A DNA stretch of 32,000 nucleotides from Candidatus Saccharimonadota bacterium (GCA_023898645.1 CP060232.1:420001-452000); one strand, 5' to 3'. Numbered from the stretch's first letter, positions 14,834-24,543 are shown. Notes: a model not told the origin generated them from the sequence alone. Program-made: numbers and translations.

Positions 14834-14924
14834 AATCATTGTAAGAATAATGCATGTGCTTATACGGACAATCCGTACATGTACATGCCGTAAGGATGGA
14901 AGTAGTTAAGGAGTTTATAGATAT

Positions 14925-16529
14925 ATGAGTGGGTATGCAATGTTGAAGCCAAAAGAACGACGCTCTCAAGATACTCTTGAAGAGATTGATCGTGTTTTGC
15001 GTGAACACAAGTTTGGAACTGAGATTCCTGTACAAATCCATTACGGTGGTATCGTTGAGCCTTTGACTCGCTCTAAGCGCGTGAAAGCTCTGGATAAGAA
15101 ACATAAAGAATCTAATGCGGTAAAAGCGCGACTGAAAAAAATTAAGAATGATTCGCTGGCGGAAGCCGAGTGCGCACGTATATTGGCGATTGTGCCTACA
15201 TTTGAAAAGGAAGATGAAATTGACAAGACGGTCATCAGCCTGCTTTTGCAGACTCGTCAAATAGATCAGATCGTCGTTGTCATTAACGGCCCAGGTGAAT
15301 CAGATGCTGCATATAATGCCATTCTTCCACTTGTCCGTGAGTTTCGTGATCAGCTTATAGTTGAGCGTCCTGAGCAGCTAAATGGTCGCAACGAAGACGG
15401 TTCATCGAGGGGCTCAAAAGTTAATACGTTGAACTGGATGTACTGGCGTTATATTCAAATGGGTGACTTTGATTTTGTTCTTGGTATCGATGCCGATATT
15501 GAGGCTGATAAGGACATGGTTCACCATCTTGAGACGGATCTCATACGACGTGTCAAAGCCGCTGGTGTTATGGCTCGCTACTCATTTAAAATTCCATCAA
15601 AGAAAAATATGCGCGGTAAGTCGTTGTCGCTTATTCAAGGTCAGCGTCATGAATTTGCGGTGACTGGTATTAAACACCAGTTGCGTGGATATAAGTCAGA
15701 TATTCTCGGTGGTCAAGCGACGCTCTTTCGTGCAAAAGCACTGAGAGAGTCAGCGCAAGTCACTGATGGCGGTGCGCCCTGGGACCAGGAATCGCTGGTT
15801 GAAGACGCGCAGCTTACTCGAACACTCCAAAAACTGGGCTACTCTACCGCTACTAGCGGTAAGGCACGTGCATGGACCGGGCTTATGTATACGGCATATG
15901 CATGGCAACGACAGCGCCGTAAGTGGCAGGATGGCCACTTCGACGACATGATCCGTGATTTTCAGCCTTGGGGCGACCGACGTCGATGGCTTGACCAACT
16001 TGCTCTCGGTTGGAACCTAATCCTTCGTGTACTGTTTGCAGTCGTTCTCATTACTAGTATTGCAATCAATAAGTTTGAGTTTAGTCCGATATGGTTCATA
16101 CCAGTTGCGCTTGCGATAATTCAGTCGGTATTGGTTGCCACAAAGGTTCCAAACCGAACATTTCGTGAAATCGTTCGATCGTTCCTGTTTATTCCAGGAG
16201 AGATATACTACATGCGAACATTGGCTGTGTGGCTCGACTCTACAATGGTTACAGTCGTAAATATACGCCGTGATGGTTGGGGTAACCAACAAAGGGCTGA
16301 AACGGCGCAGCGTACGACAGCCATTTCAAGCTGGTTATTAATTCTTTCGGCCGTTACACTTCCGTCGCTCGCACTACTTATGGCAAATCGAATCCTTCCA
16401 GATGAGACAATGGGAAATATAGTCACGTATCTGTGGTATACCGTAACGATTCTAACTATAGGTTCAACTTTCTCGATGGCCAGGTTTATCTTACGAATGC
16501 TTCGAAATTATCGTACGATTGCACCGTAA
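14925..16529 (+). CDS. family-2 glycosyltransferase of the processive beta-glycan synthase type, with a C-terminal multi-TM domain
   Basis: RBS AAGGAG. Motifs: GT2 N-terminal motif ILAIVPTFEKEDEI, DxD in LGIDADIEAD, and Q(Q/R)xRW as QRRKW. Four to five C-terminal TM segments. Confidence 0.8.
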   Translation: MSGYAMLKPKERRSQDTLEEIDRVLREHKFGTEIPVQIHYGGIVEPLTRSKRVKALDKKHKESNAVKARLKKIKNDSLAEAECARILAIVPTFEKEDEIDKTVISLLLQTRQIDQIVVVINGPGESDAAYNAILPLVREFRDQLIVERPEQLNGRNEDGSSRGSKVNTLNWMYWRYIQMGDFDFVLGIDADIEADKDMVHHLETDLIRRVKAAGVMARYSFKIPSKKNMRGKSLSLIQGQRHEFAVTGIKHQLRGYKSDILGGQATLFRAKALRESAQVTDGGAPWDQESLVEDAQLTRTLQKLGYSTATSGKARAWTGLMYTAYAWQRQRRKWQDGHFDDMIRDFQPWGDRRRWLDQLALGWNLILRVLFAVVLITSIAINKFEFSPIWFIPVALAIIQSVLVATKVPNRTFREIVRSFLFIPGEIYYMRTLAVWLDSTMVTVVNIRRDGWGNQQRAETAQRTTAISSWLLILSAVTLPSLALLMANRILPDETMGNIVTYLWYTVTILTIGSTFSMARFILRMLRNYRTIAP

Positions 16530-16656
16530 ACAGTAGGTAGAATTACTCAACCTAAGCTATGAAAAGCGCTAGATTATTTGGTCTGGCGTTTTTCATAGTC
16601 TATAGATTGAAATTTAAAAAAATGAAGATATCAGGATAAGTTTGGTGAAATTGATA

Positions 16657-16665
16657 TGGTAATAT
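16657..16665 (+). promoter_or_regulatory. extended -10 (TGgTAATAT) for the response regulator; leaderless-type spacing
   Basis: 7 nt (AGAGCAT) lie between the -10 and the ATG at 16673. No Shine-Dalgarno sequence. Confidence 0.45.
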
Positions 16666-16672
16666 AGAGCAT

Positions 16673-17113
16673 ATGAGCACTGATAAAAATAAGATTCTTA
16701 TCGTTGATGACGAAGAAGTACTAGCTAGTATTTATAAAACGCGATTTGAAACCGAAGGGTTTGAGGTGCAATATTGCAATAATGGTGAGGACGCGCTTAA
16801 TCTTGCAAAAGAGTTTCAGCCGGATCTTATCATGGTAGATATTATGATGCCGAAAATGGACGGATACGATACGATCAAGTCGTTCCGGGCAATCCCAGAA
16901 GCAAAGAATTCATACATTATTATCTATTCTGCTTTGACGATCCCTAAAAGTGACGCAAACGCTGAAAAATATGGAGCAAATGATTTTTTTGTTAAGTCTG
17001 CCATTTCGTTTGAGGAATTAGTTGAACGAGTGAAAAGTGCAATAAGGAACAGGGAGTCTAGTGAATTGTCGGATACTGTTGACCCTGATGGATCGGCACA
17101 ATCTTCGGACTAG
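16673..17113 (+). CDS. single-domain (receiver-only, CheY-like) response regulator
   Basis: KILIVDDEE, phospho-acceptor context LIMVDIMMPKMDG, conserved K in FFVKS. No output domain. Confidence 0.85.
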   Translation: MSTDKNKILIVDDEEVLASIYKTRFETEGFEVQYCNNGEDALNLAKEFQPDLIMVDIMMPKMDGYDTIKSFRAIPEAKNSYIIIYSALTIPKSDANAEKYGANDFFVKSAISFEELVERVKSAIRNRESSELSDTVDPDGSAQSSD

Positions 17114-17120
17114 ATAAGAG

Positions 17121-18728
17121 ATGGGTGATTCTCAAGCACTTCAGCCTACATATTTCATAAAGATTGCTCAAAACATGAGATGGCTAATCTTAGCTATGCT
17201 GTTAATATCGTACCCGTGGGCCGGGCCCGAAGCGATGTATGTAGGTGGCTTGGCTGTTGCAGTAGCAGTTTATAATGCTCTCTATTACACACCGTATATT
17301 CGAGGGATAAAAAGCCTACGGATACTTGCAGTGATTATCTGTATTGACAGCCTGATTATTGCCGCATTCCTCATTTTGACAGGTGGCGCGGACAGTCCCT
17401 ATAGACCGATAGTGGTATTTATGCTCATAACCGCAGCGTATTTTTACCGCTTAAAAGGAGTAGCTCTGATTATCCTATTAGAGGCAGCTATAATTCTTAT
17501 CGTCGACAGATTTTCATTTTTTCCGTCAATACATTTGGACGCGATTCGATACGACAGCCTCTTGATTTTTATATTGCTAGGAATTGGCTTCTATGTTGAG
17601 CGCTTGACGCACCAAGATAAAGTTGAACGTGATTTATTGCGTCAACTTAGACAGCGAAGCGATGAACGTCGATTGCGTCTCCTTGCGTTGATAAATAGCC
17701 TTAGTTTTGCAATATTCGTCACCGATGAAAAAGGCGGCATTATACTCTATAACGAAGCTGCACGAATTATGGCCAATATTAAGGACGAGGGCCAACATTT
17801 GGTATTTACAAAGGCGCTACCTCTTTATAAGAGAGCGGACCCGCATAGGGCAAAAGTTAATATTTTTCAGGAACAATCGAGCGTACAGCGCAGACGAGAC
17901 CTTAGTACTGACGGCGGAGAAAATGGGCAAATTGATCTCGACATAGACGTTACGCCAGTTAGCCAAGGTGATGCTGATACGGAATATCTTATTGTTTGTA
18001 GCGATATATCTCAGGAGCGAACACTTGAGGAGGAGCGCACGGAATTTATATCAGTAGCCTCTCATGAGCTTCGAACACCGATTACGATCGTGGAGGCGGC
18101 ACTAGGGTCATTATTAAGAAGTGAAAAGACGATGTCGAAGTCGGGGTACGAACTACTGGAGCAGGCGCATCGTAATACGATACAGCTTGGTGGAATTGTT
18201 AAGGATTTGTCGGTATTGGCTGAGTCACAAAATGACAACATACCTATTGATCTGGGAGAGATAAACCCGTCGGAGATGATAGCTAGTTGCGTGTCCGATT
18301 TCAGGGCGCAAGTTAAAAATAAAGGTTTAGAATTAAATTATTCCGTTGAACCGCAAGTGCCTTTTGTAATATCAACAGAACGATATATTCGTGAAATACT
18401 ACAGAACTATTTGACGAATGCAATTAAGTACAGCGAAAAGGGTACGGTTACTCTTCGTGCAGAAGAAGCGAAAGGCGGCGGTGTGCTATTTAGCGTCAAA
18501 GACAATGGTATCGGTATATCGCCAAGCGACCAGAAAATGCTGTTTACAAAATTCTTCCGAGCAGAGAGTTACCTGACCCGCACGACAGGCGGCACCGGCC
18601 TCGGGCTATATCTGTGCATGGAGTTAGCCGAGCGTATAGGCGCAAAGCTGTGGTGTAAGAGTGAGTTGGGTAAGGGCTCGACATTTTATTTAGAAGTTCC
18701 GTTGCGAAGTACTTCAAAACGTAAATAG
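17121..18728 (+). CDS. membrane sensor histidine kinase
   Basis: About 5 N-terminal TM segments and a central PAS-like region. H-box SVASHELRTPIT, N-box NYLTNAIKYS, G-boxes DNGIGI and GGTGLGLYL. Confidence 0.85.
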   Translation: MGDSQALQPTYFIKIAQNMRWLILAMLLISYPWAGPEAMYVGGLAVAVAVYNALYYTPYIRGIKSLRILAVIICIDSLIIAAFLILTGGADSPYRPIVVFMLITAAYFYRLKGVALIILLEAAIILIVDRFSFFPSIHLDAIRYDSLLIFILLGIGFYVERLTHQDKVERDLLRQLRQRSDERRLRLLALINSLSFAIFVTDEKGGIILYNEAARIMANIKDEGQHLVFTKALPLYKRADPHRAKVNIFQEQSSVQRRRDLSTDGGENGQIDLDIDVTPVSQGDADTEYLIVCSDISQERTLEEERTEFISVASHELRTPITIVEAALGSLLRSEKTMSKSGYELLEQAHRNTIQLGGIVKDLSVLAESQNDNIPIDLGEINPSEMIASCVSDFRAQVKNKGLELNYSVEPQVPFVISTERYIREILQNYLTNAIKYSEKGTVTLRAEEAKGGGVLFSVKDNGIGISPSDQKMLFTKFFRAESYLTRTTGGTGLGLYLCMELAERIGAKLWCKSELGKGSTFYLEVPLRSTSKRK

Positions 18729-18828
18729 GACTATGTATTTAAGTTGACGGAGCAAGAGTCGGGCTACGGTTTTAAGATATCGTAGAAATGTCGTCTGTTT
18801 CGGTGCCGTACTTTGATATCATTGTAGT

Positions 18829-20271
18829 GTGGATGAATCTTTGCTTTTCATTATTATAGGTGGGGTTTTGGCAATTAGTGTGCTTGTTGCGCTTGTGGCT
18901 TCAAATGCCGGCGTGCCGGCATTGGTTGCATTTTTGGGATTCGGTATGCTGCTTGGCGTGGATGGTCCGGGTCATATTGGGTTTACAGATGTAGGCCTGG
19001 CGCAGGCTGTCGGTACGATCGGTCTAGTAGCGATTCTGTTTGAAGGTGGTTTATCGACATCGTTAAGGCGGTTGCGCGAAGCGGCTGTGCCAGCGGCGTT
19101 GCTTAGTACGGTCGGCGTTGCTGTCACGGCATTACTAACGGGAGTCGCTGCGCAAATTATATTTAAGCTACCAATACTCGAGGCTTTGCTACTCGGCGCC
19201 GTGGTGGCGTCGACCGACGCGGCTGCCGTGTTTTCGACGTTTCGTGTTTCACATATTCGAAGACGCTTGGCACGTATACTCGAGGCTGAGTCGGGTGGTA
19301 ACGATCCGACGGCGATTGCTCTTACTGTCGGTATTATTAGCTGGATTCAACAGCCTACATATCATTTTGGTAACGTTGTACTACTTCTCGTTCAGCAATT
19401 AGGCATTGGTTTATTGGTAGGTTTAGCTCTGGGTAAGCTTGCTATGTATGTGTTTGCTCGCTTGCCGCATAGTATCGGCGCCTTTGCGCCTGTAGCGTCT
19501 GCGTCTGCAGCATTGTTATCGTTTGGTGTTGCGGGTTTGTTTGGCGGCAGTGGTTTTTTGGCAGTATACATTGTGGGTCTGGCAATCGGTAGTACGCCAT
19601 CGCGTTACCGTGGGCCACTAACGTTGTTCCATGAAGGATTGGCATTTTTGGCACAGGTAACGATGTTTATTATCATGGGTATTTTTGTGGTTCCACATAC
19701 TCTATGGAAAATTGCGTTACCTAGTATTATATTGACGCTAGTATTGATAGTAATCATTCGTCCGGTTGCGGTATGGATATCGATTCCGCTTGGTAGACTG
19801 ACTACTCGTGAGCGAGCGTTTTTAGGTTGGGCAGGTTTGCGCGGTGCGCTACCAATTATCTTGGGAATGTATGTATTGTCAGCCGGCTTGCCGCACGCGC
19901 AGTTTATTTTTAATACTGTCTTTTTCGTTGTGTTGTTTTCGGCGCTTATACAGGGAACCACGCTCAACTGGGTGGCTAAGCGCCTTGGTGTACTTGATAA
20001 ATTACCAAGCGACAAAGAGTCGCGTCATAGGGACTCGATTGAGAAGATCTACTTTCACGTGGCGCCGCAACACTCCATCGCCGGCGCTGCGGTGCGAGAA
20101 GTGGGATTGCCACCGAGAGCTCACATAATTGAAGTTAAACGTCGTTCAAAAATTATTGAAATCGATAATCAAACGGTCATTCGTCCACGAGATCGACTGT
20201 GTGTTGAAGCACCTTATTCTATTCATCCTGAAATCGAGGATGTGTTCATGCGTTGGCGTCGACGCGTGTAG
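18829..20271 (+). CDS. K+/H+ (CPA1, NhaP2/CvrA-type) antiporter with a C-terminal TrkA-C/RCK_C domain
   Basis: GTG start. About 12 TM segments. The C-terminal VREVGLPPRAHIIEVKRRSKIIEIDNQTVIRPRDRL matches the TrkA-C pattern. Confidence 0.75.
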   Translation: MDESLLFIIIGGVLAISVLVALVASNAGVPALVAFLGFGMLLGVDGPGHIGFTDVGLAQAVGTIGLVAILFEGGLSTSLRRLREAAVPAALLSTVGVAVTALLTGVAAQIIFKLPILEALLLGAVVASTDAAAVFSTFRVSHIRRRLARILEAESGGNDPTAIALTVGIISWIQQPTYHFGNVVLLLVQQLGIGLLVGLALGKLAMYVFARLPHSIGAFAPVASASAALLSFGVAGLFGGSGFLAVYIVGLAIGSTPSRYRGPLTLFHEGLAFLAQVTMFIIMGIFVVPHTLWKIALPSIILTLVLIVIIRPVAVWISIPLGRLTTRERAFLGWAGLRGALPIILGMYVLSAGLPHAQFIFNTVFFVVLFSALIQGTTLNWVAKRLGVLDKLPSDKESRHRDSIEKIYFHVAPQHSIAGAAVREVGLPPRAHIIEVKRRSKIIEIDNQTVIRPRDRLCVEAPYSIHPEIEDVFMRWRRRV

Positions 20272-20275
20272 CGAG

Positions 20276-21670
20276 CTAGGATTGTGGGGCGACGTTTTCA
20301 CCTTCGATAACTGCCTGTGAAATACCTTTTGGTCTTCCAGCGCGCACCCATAGCGCGTAGAGCACGGCTGCTATCAGCAAAGATGCGACAAGACTGATAA
20401 TAGGGTCACCGCGACTGAGGTTGACGACAAGCGTAAATCCGACGACTAATGCTCCGAAGCCGTTCAGTAGTGCATTGCCAGGTTTGCGATCTGAAATTGC
20501 GAATCGTGCCATAGCCATAAGGCCGATAAAGAAGCTGACAAATACTGAGACGGCGTAAAACAATACAAGCTCTTGGTCTTTGGCGCCTGCAGCTAAGACG
20601 ACAAGTGCCGAAATGATAAGGAATACGGCAACAGCAAAATAGGGTGTGTGGTGGTGATTTGTTCGCCCAAGATGCGGGTGTAGTACTCCGTAAATAATAC
20701 CGGACTTGTGCGTTTTTCGTGCCAAAGCTTTAAGTAGACCTGGTCCGGCCTGAAACGATGAGCTGGCGGCCGCCAACAGAAGTAGCGCCGTCACGAATTG
20801 GAACGCAGCGAATACATGCGAGCCGACTGACACGCGGGCAATGTCGGCAATCTGAGTTGAATCTGCCTGCGGAATGCCGATCCCAAGTTTGACTGCGACA
20901 AACGTGAATCCAATAGTCAAGAGGCCTACAGTAGCTAAAGTAAGCCATAGAGTTACGCGACCGAAAAATTTTCTACCCTTGTTGTCTAACTGTCCGAGCT
21001 GGGCAATCGCCGAACTTGGCGCTTCGACTCCGGTGGCGAGTGCCATGGCAACGGGAAATGCTAGTAATATGGCAATGAATGCCGGGTGCGCGGATTGAAC
21101 TGTACTTACAACAGCGACTGGTTGCGCTTGAATACCGCCGGTTAAAACCATTAAGCTGACGATTACGAAAGCGACAGTCATAGTTGCGAATACGGCCCGA
21201 CCTATATGCCCGAACCACGTTAGTCCGGCAACGGCTAGCAAAAGAAACAGCGCAATAATGATGCGGTATGATGCAAGCGTAGGGAAGTATGCAATCAAAG
21301 CGGAGGCCCCGGCCGAGACACTTATAGCAATCGTCAAGACAAAATCGACGACAAGTGCTCCAATTGGTACGAACGCCCATGCTTCACCGAATGCTTCGCC
21401 AGCTGCAGCTGCTGCGCCACCACCTTCCGGATAGCGGGCTACGAGTTGGTGGTAGTTAATAATGATGAGTGTAATGATGCCTACGACAAGCCCCATTGTA
21501 GGCAAGAGCAAGCTGAGGTCGCCGTTGAGTGAGCGCAGAGCTGCCTCTATGGCGTATGCAACTGAAGACACGGGATCGGCCATGACAGCTAGTGCGAATG
21601 CAAAAAGGAGAGCTCCTCGTCCTGTTAGTATTTTTTTATATTTGCCCATGCCCAAAAATGTAGTTTTCAT
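20276..21670 (-). CDS. APC-superfamily amino acid/polyamine permease
   Basis: 464 aa, about 12 TM segments, glycine/alanine-rich helices typical of APC transporters. The start codon is uncertain (M1 or M8). Confidence 0.7.
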   Translation of the reverse strand: MKTTFLGMGKYKKILTGRGALLFAFALAVMADPVSSVAYAIEAALRSLNGDLSLLLPTMGLVVGIITLIIINYHQLVARYPEGGGAAAAAGEAFGEAWAFVPIGALVVDFVLTIAISVSAGASALIAYFPTLASYRIIIALFLLLAVAGLTWFGHIGRAVFATMTVAFVIVSLMVLTGGIQAQPVAVVSTVQSAHPAFIAILLAFPVAMALATGVEAPSSAIAQLGQLDNKGRKFFGRVTLWLTLATVGLLTIGFTFVAVKLGIGIPQADSTQIADIARVSVGSHVFAAFQFVTALLLLAAASSSFQAGPGLLKALARKTHKSGIIYGVLHPHLGRTNHHHTPYFAVAVFLIISALVVLAAGAKDQELVLFYAVSVFVSFFIGLMAMARFAISDRKPGNALLNGFGALVVGFTLVVNLSRGDPIISLVASLLIAAVLYALWVRAGRPKGISQAVIEGENVAPQS

Positions 21671-21829
21671 ACGGTACGTCTGACCTTTCTTTAGAAAATT
21701 CCTATGTGCTGACCAGACTTCCCAGCTTCCAATAATACGGAATTATATATAAGAATCATTACTTTGTCTATGGACAGTTATAAGCGAATCAGTTATTATG
21801 CTTAAGTTTATTAATAACGAGGAGCGTAT

Positions 21830-22384
21830 ATGGCAAAAGCAAAATCCGATAGAAAAACGATTGATATAGTGTTTGTATTACTAGGCTTGGCGGCGACGGT
21901 TGTGTTGCTGGCGGTCGGTACGCTTGCATGGGTTGCATCTGACTTTGCTAAAACTACAGTTAAGGATGAGCTTTCGTCGCAGAAGATTTATTTCCCTGAA
22001 AAAGACAGTCCAGCTTTGAAGTCATTGCCAGAGTCTGACAGGGTGGCAATGGAGCAATACGCTGGCGAGCAACTAACGACGGGCGACCAGGCAAAGGTAT
22101 ACGCAGACAATTACATTGGTGTACATCTGGGTAAAATTGCCGGCGGCAAGACATATTCAGAAGTTAGTGCCGAGGCAATGGCGAACCCAACTGACACAAA
22201 GCTTGCGGCTCAGAAGCAAACACTATTTCAGGGTGAAACATTGCGTGGCTTGTTGCTTGGCGATGGCTATGCGTACTGGACTATTGGTCAGATCGCATAT
22301 TACGCAGCAGCTGCTGCCCTTGCCGGAGCTGGCGTAATGGTCATATTGGTATTGTTCGGTATGCGACACATCTCGAGAAAATAA
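21830..22384 (+). CDS. hypothetical protein with N- and C-terminal TM anchors
   Basis: RBS GAGGAG, with a terminator downstream. Confidence 0.6.
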   Translation: MAKAKSDRKTIDIVFVLLGLAATVVLLAVGTLAWVASDFAKTTVKDELSSQKIYFPEKDSPALKSLPESDRVAMEQYAGEQLTTGDQAKVYADNYIGVHLGKIAGGKTYSEVSAEAMANPTDTKLAAQKQTLFQGETLRGLLLGDGYAYWTIGQIAYYAAAAALAGAGVMVILVLFGMRHISRK

Positions 22385-22400
22385 TATTTATATATACAAA

Positions 22401-22427
22401 AAGGACTCCAAATGGAGTCTTTTTTTG
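22401..22427 (+). terminator. intrinsic terminator
   Basis: GACTCCA/TGGAGTC hairpin followed by TTTTTTT. Confidence 0.7.
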
Positions 22428-22549
22428 TTGCTTTGGTTGATTGTTAAATTTAGCCTAGAGCAAATGAGGCATATCTCACGTCATGTTACATAAGCAAGAC
22501 GTATAATCATACGAGCAGTTCCTGGATGCGTGGCAATGTTAGGGGTGTG

Positions 22550-22774
22550 ATGAAATGGTTCGGCGTGTCAAATCGGTGCGAGTTTGTCCAAGCCAGGTTT
22601 GGTTTGTGCGGCAAGATGCGTGTGATCGATTCGATCTATTGCGATGCACATTTAGGAGTCCTCTGTTTGGATTCTAGATGCGAAAGGCAAGCGTCGCGCA
22701 TATGCGGCGAAGACGATGGCGAACTTTGGTGTAGCGTACCATTATGTGGTGAGCATAGGCATATTCACACTTGA
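22550..22774 (+). CDS. Cys-rich small protein (74 aa from ATG 22550)
   Basis: RBS AGGGGTG precedes the ATG. 9 Cys and several His residues (…CGEHRHIHT), probably a metal-binding fold. No family recognised. Confidence 0.45.
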   Translation: MKWFGVSNRCEFVQARFGLCGKMRVIDSIYCDAHLGVLCLDSRCERQASRICGEDDGELWCSVPLCGEHRHIHT

Positions 22775-22792
22775 CTACGCTAGGAAGGTGCC

Positions 22793-22832
22793 GGCCCCGC
22801 TTCAGGTTGATATTTATCCCTGGAGCGGGGCC
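22793..22832 (+). terminator. 9-bp GC hairpin after the Cys-rich ORF (large loop, weak T-tract)
   Basis: GGCCCCGCT ... AGCGGGGCC. Confidence 0.4.
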
Positions 22833-22950
22833 TCTTCATTTGCATGTGATGAGTTGAATCGTATGTAGGTAGGCATTTTATAGCGATTTAGTAATTTATA
22901 TTAGTGAACGAATATGTAAGCCGATGTTTAATGGGATTAGGAGGAACTGT

Positions 22951-23610
22951 ATGGAATTTTATGATCGTGAAGATGCGGGTAGGCAACTTGCGATGTTGTT
23001 GAAACGTTTTAAAGGAGGGCACTCAGTCGTGATGGCGTTACCTCGTGGTGGGGTTGTCGTTGGGGCAGAGGTTGCGCGCATACTTCAAGTGTCACTTGGG
23101 GTTATACTTGTCAATAAAATAAGTCATCCAGCGGATCCGGAATTTGCAATTGGCGCCGTTGCTGAAGACGAACAGCCAGTATATAACGAACTGTCCATTA
23201 TAGGAGTGGACTTGACGTGGCTGAAACTCGAGGAAGAGGCGGCTGCGGAGTTGATCGAAAGACGACGACAGATGTATTTTGACGGCGACTACACGCGACC
23301 GTCCATAAGGGGGCGCGATGTAATTATCGTTGATGATGGTATCGCGACAGGCTTAACGATGCTTGTTGCGGTGCGATGGGCACAAACGCACGGCGCACAA
23401 AGTGTGGTGATTGCTGCCCCTGTCGCATCTAAGTCCGTTATCGATATGCTGTCTCGCGAAGCAGACGATGTTTGTGTGCTCGGTGATCCTGATGCGTTTC
23501 GCGGATCCGTGGGGGCGCACTATTATGAATTTGGCCAAGTCGATGACCTGAGTGTCAGACAAATATTAAGAGACGTTAAGGTAAACCCTAACGGAGCAGC
23601 GTATCTATAG
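22951..23610 (+). CDS. phosphoribosyltransferase-family protein (type I PRTase fold)
   Basis: RBS AGGAGGA before ATG 22951. PRPP-binding loop VIIVDDGIATGLTM. Confidence 0.75.
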   Translation: MEFYDREDAGRQLAMLLKRFKGGHSVVMALPRGGVVVGAEVARILQVSLGVILVNKISHPADPEFAIGAVAEDEQPVYNELSIIGVDLTWLKLEEEAAAELIERRRQMYFDGDYTRPSIRGRDVIIVDDGIATGLTMLVAVRWAQTHGAQSVVIAAPVASKSVIDMLSREADDVCVLGDPDAFRGSVGAHYYEFGQVDDLSVRQILRDVKVNPNGAAYL

Positions 23611-23649
23611 AAGATATAGTCTATAATAGAGGCAAGGAGATGCACAAAT

Positions 23650-24543
23650 ATGAAGCAACCCATAACCTCCACAAAATCAAATGAAGAACGTGTAATGCGG
23701 GCTTTGAAGAATGCCGGCGTATCGGAATACGGCTTACATAGATTTACGAGCACCTACTTACCGCGCGTTATACACCCTGATGAAAATATCGAGGCAGCTG
23801 TCTTTGGTCGTATGAAGGAAAGCGAAGGATTTTTTGGATTTGTTGAAGGCCTGCTGGTTGCGACTGATAAAAGGGTGATTTTTATTGACCATCGTCCTGG
23901 ATATACGACGATGGACGAAGTAACGTATGATGTTGTGTCGGGCGTGAATATATCGACGACGATATTTTATTCCAGTGTGACGCTTTTTACGAAAGTGGCT
24001 AACTACAGACTTTCATTTGCAAACAAAAAGAGCGTGCAACGATTTGCCGACTATATTGAGTCGCGTAGAATTGATACGACAGAGCGCGAAGAGCCAATAG
24101 AGTCGAAGCCATACGTAGTATTGCTGTCAAATGAAGCGTTGCAATTTTTGACCAGCCACGAGATCGGCGTACTTTCATCTACAGAAAGGACGGGTTTGAT
24201 TAGCGGTGCCGTGGTGTACTATACGGTGAGGGGCAATGGTATATATTTCATGACTAAGGTCGGAACGCGTAAAGCTGACAATATATTAGGAAATCAACAT
24301 GTTGCTTTTACTGTGTATGACGAACTGAAACTTCAGACCGTTCAACTCCATGGAGTAGTGGAACTGGAAACGGATGAATTAATAAAAAAAGAAGTAGCCG
24401 AGTCGGTAATTCGTTTACGCAGTTATGAAAATGGTAAACATTTGCCTCCGATTATGAAAATGGGTGGCAAAGATGAGTTTGTGACATTCCGCATAACTCC
24501 TACGAAGTATTCATATACAGACTTCAAAAACTTGTCGGTGTGA
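23650..24543 (+). CDS. fusion protein: N-terminal bacterial PH-like region plus a C-terminal pyridoxamine-5'-phosphate-oxidase-like split barrel
   Basis: RBS AAGGAGA. The domain calls are by-eye similarity only (LLVATDKRVIFIDH... ; GAVVYYTVRGNGIYFMT...HVAFTVYD). Confidence 0.55.
   Translation: MKQPITSTKSNEERVMRALKNAGVSEYGLHRFTSTYLPRVIHPDENIEAAVFGRMKESEGFFGFVEGLLVATDKRVIFIDHRPGYTTMDEVTYDVVSGVNISTTIFYSSVTLFTKVANYRLSFANKKSVQRFADYIESRRIDTTEREEPIESKPYVVLLSNEALQFLTSHEIGVLSSTERTGLISGAVVYYTVRGNGIYFMTKVGTRKADNILGNQHVAFTVYDELKLQTVQLHGVVELETDELIKKEVAESVIRLRSYENGKHLPPIMKMGGKDEFVTFRITPTKYSYTDFKNLSV

Noticed and set aside
14834-14924. Structured ~85-nt GT2 leader as a riboswitch (for example c-di-GMP)
   Set aside because: It is too short and lacks any conserved riboswitch core I recognise. 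It contains only simple nested hairpins.
14739-15260. 173-aa minus-strand ORF
   Set aside because: It is an AT-rich, low-complexity translation overlapping the GT2 promoter, leader and 5' coding region. It has no signals of its own.
20269-20278. Convergent antiporter and permease stop codons only 4 bp apart with no terminator
   Set aside because: This is real but unremarkable in compact genomes, and no structure is visible. It is noted only as a possible site of transcriptional collision.
19605-21380. Alternate-frame ORFs (136, 135, 94, 74 and 72 aa) inside the antiporter and permease genes
   Set aside because: They are embedded in long transporter ORFs with coherent TM periodicity and have no independent signals.
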